Source of the DNA: an uncultured Gemmatimonadales bacterium | GTDB taxonomy: Bacteria; Gemmatimonadota; Gemmatimonadetes; Gemmatimonadales; Gemmatimonadaceae | Direction: 5' to 3' | DNA: 64,000 nt | NCBI GenBank assembly: GCA_963793305.1 | Contig: CAWBZV010000002.1 | Coordinates: forward strand, 608,001-672,000 | In this document: in pieces, positions 57,629 through 64,000 of the stretch | Position numbering within the stretch: position 1 is the stretch's first letter | Layout: every line of letters begins with the position of its first letter | Position numbers and translations under genes: made by a program | Notes under the pieces: generated by a model | Seen by the model: the letters and a program-made list of their open reading frames with translations, nothing else | What the model was told of the DNA's origin: nothing | The model's database searches: none

Positions 57629-60276
57629 TCCTCGTACTCCTCGGTGCAGTAGCAACGATTTCAGGCACGGTGCGGCCTGGAGGCGCCAACGTCCGGTTCT
57701 TGCCGACAGGCGTGGGCACGGTCGCCGATTCCGTCGGCGCATTCCGCCTCGAGGTCCCGGCGCTCACGTCAGGTCGACTCATTGTCGAAGCACCCAACTA
57801 TGTGCCGGACACGGTCGCGATCCCGTCCCTGGCTCCCGGATCGACGCGCCGCGTGCGCATTGCGCTTCGGCTGCTCCCGACGCTGCCGAGTATCGCGGTG
57901 CGGGCGAGCGCGAACCGACCGTTGCTCGATGTCGCCGATGCGGCGGTCGGCGGGGCGGTGGATCGCACGGACCTCGCCAACATCCCTACAGATGCCCGCG
58001 ACCCGACCGACGTGGCCCTGTCGATTCCCGGCGTCACCCGCGGCGTCGGCTTCTTCGACTTCGCCCCAAAGCTCGACGTTGACGGCGCGAACTCGCTGTA
58101 CACGCCGTATCGCCTCGACGGCTTGGACAACAGCGAGAACTACCTCGGCGGCCCAAAGATTCTGTTGCCGCTCGACGCCGTTCAGATGGTCGCCGTATCG
58201 GCCAGCACCTACGGTGCATCGATCGGCAAGAGCGCGAACGGCGTCGTGGACTTCGAGACCCGCCGTGGCGGGGATGTCTGGTCGGGCAACGCGGTCGTCG
58301 TTGGTCGTCCCGCGGCGGCTTTTCGGCGGCTCCAGGGAGCTGTCTCCGGAGGCGGGCCGCTCGTGCCTGGCGCCACGTACGTATTCGGCGCCGCGGACTA
58401 TGCCGCCGCCGATTCGGCGGTTCCCTATGACTTTGGCGATCCGCGTTTCGGATCCGGCTCGGGCAGCAGTCATCGGACGACACTCAAGTTGTTCGGACGC
58501 GTCGACCAGCAATGGAGCGCGAGCCAGACGACGACACTCGACCTCGCGTTCAGCTCGATTGGCCTGGTCGGACAGGGCGGAGGTGTCGTCACGCGCGAAG
58601 CCGACCAGACCCAAAATCGGGTTGCGTTTCTCGGCGCGCTCCGTCACGAGAGCAACTTCGGGGGATGGACGAATACCGCGGCGGCCGAGGTCTCCACGTA
58701 TCACTACTACTATCCGCCGAGCACAACGCCGTTCTCGACGCCGCAAGTGAATGTTGTGCTCTCCGCCGACACCCTGACGACGCTCGCAACAGTGGGCTCG
58801 GCAGGGTTCCTCTTCGACGAAAATGAAATCGAAATCCAACTCGCGAACACATTGCGGCGTACCATCGGCGCCCACGCGGTGCAATTCGGCGCCGAGGTCC
58901 AACGGGAACAGTTCTCCCTCGCCGCGAACAACACAAATCCCGCCGGCACGTACACGGTCGTAGACAGCGGCATCACGGTGCACGGTGGCATGGTGTCGAT
59001 CGCCGACATCCCGGCGAACGATCGAGCGCTGTATTACACGATCGACGCCAACCCGCAGGATATTCATGGGATGAACGTGCTCGTCGGCGCGTTTGCCGAG
59101 GACGTGTGGTCGGTATCTCGACGCCTGACCATAGACTACGGCCTGCGCTGGGACTACGACGATCTGACGTCGAAAGGCCGCGGGAGTCCGCAGCTCGACA
59201 ACTTCCAGCCGCGCCTGTCGTTCAACTGGCATCCGACCGCGAATGACGTGATACGCGGAGGTGCCGGTATATACGTCGGCCACATCCCGTTCACGACGTA
59301 CACCGATGCGCGGCAATTCGCGAGGAACGGCGACAACGTGGTCACATTCTCGAACGTCGCCTTCGGCCACGGCCCGACACCGGCGGAGGTCCAAGCGGCG
59401 ACCGCCACCGAGCCAGCGCGCGAAATTCGCGAGCTGTATTACTTCGGCGCCAAAGACCCGCAGAGCTATCAGGCGTCACTTGGGCTTCAGCGCCGCCTGA
59501 GTGACTGGGGATTGTCGCTGGACGGAATCGTTGTCGGGACCAAGTATCTCCCGCGCATCTGGGACCTGAACGCACCACCATGCTTGCCCCCATGTCCCCC
59601 GGCCGAGATGCAGCGCCCCGATGGCGCATTGCCCGGTTCCTACAGCTTTCACACGACAACCGATTTCGGCGGCCAGAGTATCTACTGGGCAGTGATCGCA
59701 ACGGTTCGACACCAATTCGCGGCGAACTGGACGGCCAATGTCAGTTATACGCTTTCACGTGATCGCGACAACACCGAAGACATCAATTTCGCAGCCGAAT
59801 ACGCGAACGACTTTCACAATGAATGGGCCAATGCCGTCAACGATCGACGCCATCATGTGCAAGCACGGACCGTGTATACCGTGCTCGAGCGTCTCAAGCT
59901 GTCGACGATGGTCGACTTCACCACGGGCGCTCCGCAGAACGTCGTCGCGCCCATCGGGACGGATTACACGGGCAGTCAGAACTTCCTGCTGACCGCGAAC
60001 TCGTTCGACTACAATTATCAGCGAGTGCCAGGTACGCCGCGAGATAGCCAGCGGCTGCCGAATGAGTTCGATCAGAGCGTCGGCGTGCAGTACGAGCTGC
60101 CGCTGGGCGTGTCACTCCGAGCCGATGTGTTCAACGTCTGGAACGAGACGCTCGTCTCTGGCTTCGTGAACAACGTTCCTGGCGGCGGGCCGCGCACGCT
60201 GATTCTGCAGTCGCGGCTCCTCAACGTCTCCGGCATTCGCCGGGCCTTCCAATTCGGCGCTACGTATTCGTTTTGA
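57625..60276 (+). CDS. TonB-dependent receptor (Oar-like)
   Basis: Carboxypeptidase-regulatory-like N-domain, plug LDGLDN, GLRWDYD, QPRLSF and C-terminal FQFGATYSF. Confidence 0.9.
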   Translation: MILVLLGAVATISGTVRPGGANVRFLPTGVGTVADSVGAFRLEVPALTSGRLIVEAPNYVPDTVAIPSLAPGSTRRVRIALRLLPTLPSIAVRASANRPLLDVADAAVGGAVDRTDLANIPTDARDPTDVALSIPGVTRGVGFFDFAPKLDVDGANSLYTPYRLDGLDNSENYLGGPKILLPLDAVQMVAVSASTYGASIGKSANGVVDFETRRGGDVWSGNAVVVGRPAAAFRRLQGAVSGGGPLVPGATYVFGAADYAAADSAVPYDFGDPRFGSGSGSSHRTTLKLFGRVDQQWSASQTTTLDLAFSSIGLVGQGGGVVTREADQTQNRVAFLGALRHESNFGGWTNTAAAEVSTYHYYYPPSTTPFSTPQVNVVLSADTLTTLATVGSAGFLFDENEIEIQLANTLRRTIGAHAVQFGAEVQREQFSLAANNTNPAGTYTVVDSGITVHGGMVSIADIPANDRALYYTIDANPQDIHGMNVLVGAFAEDVWSVSRRLTIDYGLRWDYDDLTSKGRGSPQLDNFQPRLSFNWHPTANDVIRGGAGIYVGHIPFTTYTDARQFARNGDNVVTFSNVAFGHGPTPAEVQAATATEPAREIRELYYFGAKDPQSYQASLGLQRRLSDWGLSLDGIVVGTKYLPRIWDLNAPPCLPPCPPAEMQRPDGALPGSYSFHTTTDFGGQSIYWAVIATVRHQFAANWTANVSYTLSRDRDNTEDINFAAEYANDFHNEWANAVNDRRHHVQARTVYTVLERLKLSTMVDFTTGAPQNVVAPIGTDYTGSQNFLLTANSFDYNYQRVPGTPRDSQRLPNEFDQSVGVQYELPLGVSLRADVFNVWNETLVSGFVNNVPGGGPRTLILQSRLLNVSGIRRAFQFGATYSF

Positions 60277-61382
60277 CGGCGATCGTTGCCTGTGCACGCC
60301 CTGACGAGAGGCGCGTGTTGGCGACGGAGCCGTGGGACACCGTCCTCGCGCGCTCACGCGGCACGACGGTCACGTGGGCATTGTGGCGCGGCGACCCGTC
60401 GATCAATCGGTACGTCGACGACTGGGTCGCACCCCGCTTGCGGCAACGATTCGGGATCACCCTGAACGCCGTGCCAGGACAGGGCGCTGAGCTCGTCAAT
60501 GCGCTCGTCGTCGAGCGCGACGCCCATCGCCGGTTCGGTACTGTCGACCTCGTGTGGATCAACGGCGAGACGTTTTTCAATCTTCGCCGCGAGGGGTTGC
60601 TGTACGGTCCATGGGCGGGCCGCCTCCCTGGTGCTGTCAACATCGACAGTGCCTCCCCGATTATTGCCCGCGATTTTGAGCAGCTTCCCGAGGGGTATGA
60701 GTCGCCCTGGGGGACCGTCCAGTTCGCCCTGGTCTATGACACGTCGCGCACACCACGCCCGCCCGACACCTACGAGGCCCTCCGCCTGTGGATTCATGCA
60801 CACCCTGGTCGTTTCACCTATGACCAGCAATTCACCGGCCTGACGTTTCTCAAGTGTCTCATGTATGCCCTGAATGGGGGCGCGGGACGGTTCCAGGGCG
60901 GGTTTGATTCGGTGCGCTACACAGAGGCCCGCGATCGCACCTTTGCCTGGCTCCAGGAGGTCACGCCGGACCTCTGGCGTCATGGCGTGACGTATCCGCA
61001 GGACATCGCCCAGCTCGATCGGCTGTTCGCCAACGGCGAGGTGGACTTCGCCATGTCCAACAACCAAAATGACGTCGTGACGAAAATACGATCGGGTGTT
61101 TTCCCGCCGTCCGCACGATCATACGTGCCGCGCGATGGAACGATCGCCAACACGCACTATGTCGCGATCCCGTTCAACGCGCCGAATCCCGCCGGAGCGA
61201 TGGTCGTCGCCAACTTCCTGTTGTCGCCGGAAGCCCAAGCCGAGAAGGCCAGGCCCGAAGTCTGGGGCGACGGCACTGTACTGAAAGGCGACACGGTCGC
61301 ACACCGATTCGCGGCGCCGGAAGTTGCGCCCGAATACAGCATACGCCTGCAGGACGACTGGCGGGCGCGGATTCGGCGTTGA
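60273..61382 (+). CDS. ABC substrate-binding protein, YnjB-like
   Basis: DLVWINGETF, ESPWG and GTIANTHYVAIPFNA...ANFLLSPEAQ motifs. Confidence 0.88.
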   Translation: MTAIVACARPDERRVLATEPWDTVLARSRGTTVTWALWRGDPSINRYVDDWVAPRLRQRFGITLNAVPGQGAELVNALVVERDAHRRFGTVDLVWINGETFFNLRREGLLYGPWAGRLPGAVNIDSASPIIARDFEQLPEGYESPWGTVQFALVYDTSRTPRPPDTYEALRLWIHAHPGRFTYDQQFTGLTFLKCLMYALNGGAGRFQGGFDSVRYTEARDRTFAWLQEVTPDLWRHGVTYPQDIAQLDRLFANGEVDFAMSNNQNDVVTKIRSGVFPPSARSYVPRDGTIANTHYVAIPFNAPNPAGAMVVANFLLSPEAQAEKARPEVWGDGTVLKGDTVAHRFAAPEVAPEYSIRLQDDWRARIRR

Positions 61383-62200
61383 GAGTCGCCGTGTTCGTTG
61401 CCGCGCCCGTCCTGATCGGCGCGCTCTACGCCCTCCTTGGCGCGCTCGGCCTCGTCGGGCTCGACGCGCACGGATTCACCACCGAGCACGTGACTCGCGT
61501 TCTCGGCGCGGGGTCTACTTGGCGTGGCATCGGTTGGTCCCTCGCGACCGCCACGGTCGCCACGGCGGCCGCGACCGTCGTGAGCGCGGCGCTGGCGATC
61601 ACTTTTCGCGGTACCCGCATGGGCGATCGCGTCGCGCGAGCGCTGGCGGCCGTGCCGCTCCCCATGCCGCACATCGTTGCCGCGACTCTCGGGCTGCTCG
61701 TGCTGGCCCAGAGCGGTCTCGTTGCCCGAGTGCTCTACGCGGTCGGCATCATCCACGCGACTGCCGGGATGCCGGCATTGGTCCTCGATCGTTTCGGGAT
61801 CGGGTACATGGCCACCATGGCATGGAAGGAAGTGCCATTCTTGAGCGTCGTCGCGATATCCGTCATCGCGACCCGCGGCCCTCGCCTCGAAGAAGTCGCG
61901 CGTACGCTCGGCGCGACGCCAAGCGCAGTCCTGTGGCGCGTAACCGTGCCCATATTGTGGCGTGGCCTCGCGCCCGCCGCGATCGCGGTTGCCATCGTCA
62001 TCGCGGGAAGCTTCGAAGGGGCGTATCTCCTGGCCCCAAGTAGTCCTCTGGCGCTCCCGCTGCTGACATACGAGCGGTATCGCACGATCGACGCCGCGCG
62101 ACGGGCGGATGCGTACGTGCTCGTGTTGCTCGGCCTGACGCTTGCCGTATTGGCGGTGGCGATCCTCGAGTGGGTGAGAGCGCGATGGGACGTCGACTAG
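61379..62200 (+). CDS. ABC permease, YnjC N-half-like
   Basis: WKEVPF and EEVARTLGA (EAA loop). Confidence 0.88.
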   Translation: MRVAVFVAAPVLIGALYALLGALGLVGLDAHGFTTEHVTRVLGAGSTWRGIGWSLATATVATAAATVVSAALAITFRGTRMGDRVARALAAVPLPMPHIVAATLGLLVLAQSGLVARVLYAVGIIHATAGMPALVLDRFGIGYMATMAWKEVPFLSVVAISVIATRGPRLEEVARTLGATPSAVLWRVTVPILWRGLAPAAIAVAIVIAGSFEGAYLLAPSSPLALPLLTYERYRTIDAARRADAYVLVLLGLTLAVLAVAILEWVRARWDVD

Positions 62201-62946
62201 CTATTGCTGCTCTGACGGTTTCGGCACTGGCGCCGCTCGTGCTGCTCGGTGTTTGGTCGGTCGGCGACCGGTGGTTCTTTCCCGCGCTGCTCCCGCCACG
62301 CCTGACAGCCGGGGCATGGAAAGCGCTCCTCGGCGGTCAGCTAGGAATAGATGTGATAGTGAGCGGCGTGGTCGCGTCAGCGACCGCCGCAATAGCGTGT
62401 GCTCTCGCTCTGCCGGTCGGCCGCGCAATGGCGCGACTCAGTGGCTGGCGCCGGCGGGTAGCTGCGGCAGTGGCCTTTCTGCCAGTGGCCGCGCCGCCGA
62501 TCGCTCTCGGGCTCGGCCTTCAGTATGCGTTCGCCACACTCGGCCTGACTGGGACGGTCGGCGGCGTCATTCTCGCGCATGTCGTACCCGCGACGGGCTT
62601 CCTGGCGATCTACTTCTCCGGGGTGTTCACGGCGCTCGATCCTCGTATCGAGGACGAAGCCAGATCGCTCGGCGCGAGGCCGCTCCAAGTCTGGACACAC
62701 ATCACGATCCCGATCGTGCGAAGCCAAATCGGCGATGCGCTCGCGTTGGGGTTCCTCGTGTCATGGGCGCAGGTGCCGCTGACTCTCGTGATCGGCGGCG
62801 GCATCGTCCGCACGCTGCCGCTCGCGGTCTATGACTACGTGCGCGCGGGCGAGACGCGATACGCGGCAGCAGGGGCGCTCCTCCTCACGATGCCGCCGAT
62901 GCTGGCGCTCCTCGCCGCGCGCCGCGAGCGCGTCGCGCCCCTGTAA
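62185..62946 (+). CDS. ABC permease, YnjC C-half-like
   Basis: RWFFPALLP, EDEARSLGA and FLVSWAQ..LT..IGGG motifs. Confidence 0.88.
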   Translation: MGRRLAIAALTVSALAPLVLLGVWSVGDRWFFPALLPPRLTAGAWKALLGGQLGIDVIVSGVVASATAAIACALALPVGRAMARLSGWRRRVAAAVAFLPVAAPPIALGLGLQYAFATLGLTGTVGGVILAHVVPATGFLAIYFSGVFTALDPRIEDEARSLGARPLQVWTHITIPIVRSQIGDALALGFLVSWAQVPLTLVIGGGIVRTLPLAVYDYVRAGETRYAAAGALLLTMPPMLALLAARRERVAPL

Positions 62947-63869
62947 TGGAGCCCGCGCTCCTGGTGCAGGGACTCGCCGTGCCCTTCGGTGCCGGGCCCG
63001 GCCTCCGTGACGTGACGTTCGACGTCGCCGCCGGCGAACGCTTCGTGGTCCTCGGCGCCTCGGGCGCCGGGAAAACGTCGCTGCTCCGCGCGCTCGCCGG
63101 CCTGTCGCCGGTCACGGACGGCACCTTCGCCGTCAGTGGAGCGGCGATCTATCTCCACCAGACGCCCGTGCTGTTCCCCCATCTCACGGTCTACGAAAAC
63201 GTGGCGTTCCCGTTGCGCATCCGGCATCGACGCGAGGCCGAGATCGACAGCCGGGTGCGCGCGGCCCTCGCGTCCGTGCAGATGAGCGGCTTCGCGCCCC
63301 GCATGCCGCGCACGCTGAGCGGCGGCCAAGCCCACCGCGTCGCGCTCGCCCGCGCCGTGGTCGCGCGGCCCGCGTTGCTCCTGCTCGACGAGCCGCTGGC
63401 GTCGCTCGACCCGACCCTGCGCGAGGATATGCGACGGACGATCCTCGGGCTGCAAACCGACTGGGATGGCGCGATGGTGATCGTCACGCACGATCTCGAC
63501 GAGATGAGCGCGCTCGCCGACCGTGTCGCGGTGTTGCTCGACCGGCGCATCGCCCAGATCGCGTCGCCGGCCGAAGTGCTGTCGCGTCCGGCGTCCCTGG
63601 CCGTCGCGCGGTTTCTCGGGCACATGAACGAGATGCGGATGTCCGATGATACGGTGGCCGTCTTTCCGCCGTCCGCGGTACGACCCCAGGCCGACGGCCG
63701 GCGCGCGCGCGTCGTCGCGTTGCGCCCTCGCGTCAGGGGCACGACGGCGGTGCTCGCCGTAGGCGACGCGCAGGTCGAGATGGCGGTCGATCCGCTCCAA
63801 CCACCATCGGTAGGCGACGAGCTCTGTGTGGCGTTCGATCCGAGGGGGGTCGTGCTCTTCCAGAGGTGA
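62946..63869 (+). CDS. ABC ATP-binding protein with TOBE domain
   Basis: GASGAGKT, LSGGQ, LLLDEP and VTHD motifs. Confidence 0.93.
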   Translation: MEPALLVQGLAVPFGAGPGLRDVTFDVAAGERFVVLGASGAGKTSLLRALAGLSPVTDGTFAVSGAAIYLHQTPVLFPHLTVYENVAFPLRIRHRREAEIDSRVRAALASVQMSGFAPRMPRTLSGGQAHRVALARAVVARPALLLLDEPLASLDPTLREDMRRTILGLQTDWDGAMVIVTHDLDEMSALADRVAVLLDRRIAQIASPAEVLSRPASLAVARFLGHMNEMRMSDDTVAVFPPSAVRPQADGRRARVVALRPRVRGTTAVLAVGDAQVEMAVDPLQPPSVGDELCVAFDPRGVVLFQR

Positions 63870-63891
63870 GTCTGCGACAGTAACGTGGTGC

Positions 63892-64000
63892 ATGACCCTC
63901 AAGGTTGCGACGCGGGCACTCGTCGCGGTCGGTCTGGCGCTCCGGGTTTGGCAGTATGCGGCGGACCAGTCGATGTGGTTCGACGAGCTGTTGATCGCCC
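63892..64000 (+). CDS. N-terminus of a GT39/PMT-like membrane glycosyltransferase (runs off the right edge)
   Basis: MTLKVATRALVAVGLALRVWQYAADQSMWFDELLIA, with the LR...W.DE motif. Confidence 0.6.
   Translation, partial: MTLKVATRALVAVGLALRVWQYAADQSMWFDELLIA

Noticed and set aside
57769..59394. Long antisense ORFs (also 11650-13290, 47487-48821, 43251-44492)
   Set aside because: Shadow frames of high-GC3 genes with no domain features

Overview
GC-rich bacterial chromosomal window, most consistent with a Gemmatimonadota genome (inferred from gene content and order; not provable here). Left part (1-16.6 kb) is accessory and decayed DNA around a tRNA-Asn. It holds an ADOP-type ABC permease with a sigma54-like promoter, a broken LytS/LytTR pair, TetR, DUF885 and MFS fragments, a triply frameshifted SEC-C gene, three lipoproteins and a CarH/LitR-like B12 photoreceptor. 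Middle part: a hydroxyproline-catabolism cluster coupled to DUF885; a uvrA operon carrying six tandem, closely packed paralogues of a small TM + coiled-coil protein (the standout); FHA/PP2C genes; and a TPR-barrel/Hpt-REC/HEAT/GT2 polysaccharide locus. Right part is core genome (tal, pyk, NtrC-type regulator, ffs-dnaX-ybaB-recR-mglBA-pgsA-cinA-grpE-dnaJ, mnmA, cysteine desulfurase), followed by a ynjF/TonB-receptor/ynjBCD-like import operon. Five otherwise intact genes each carry a single extra base, probably long-read consensus errors. All family calls come from motif recognition by eye; no searches were run.
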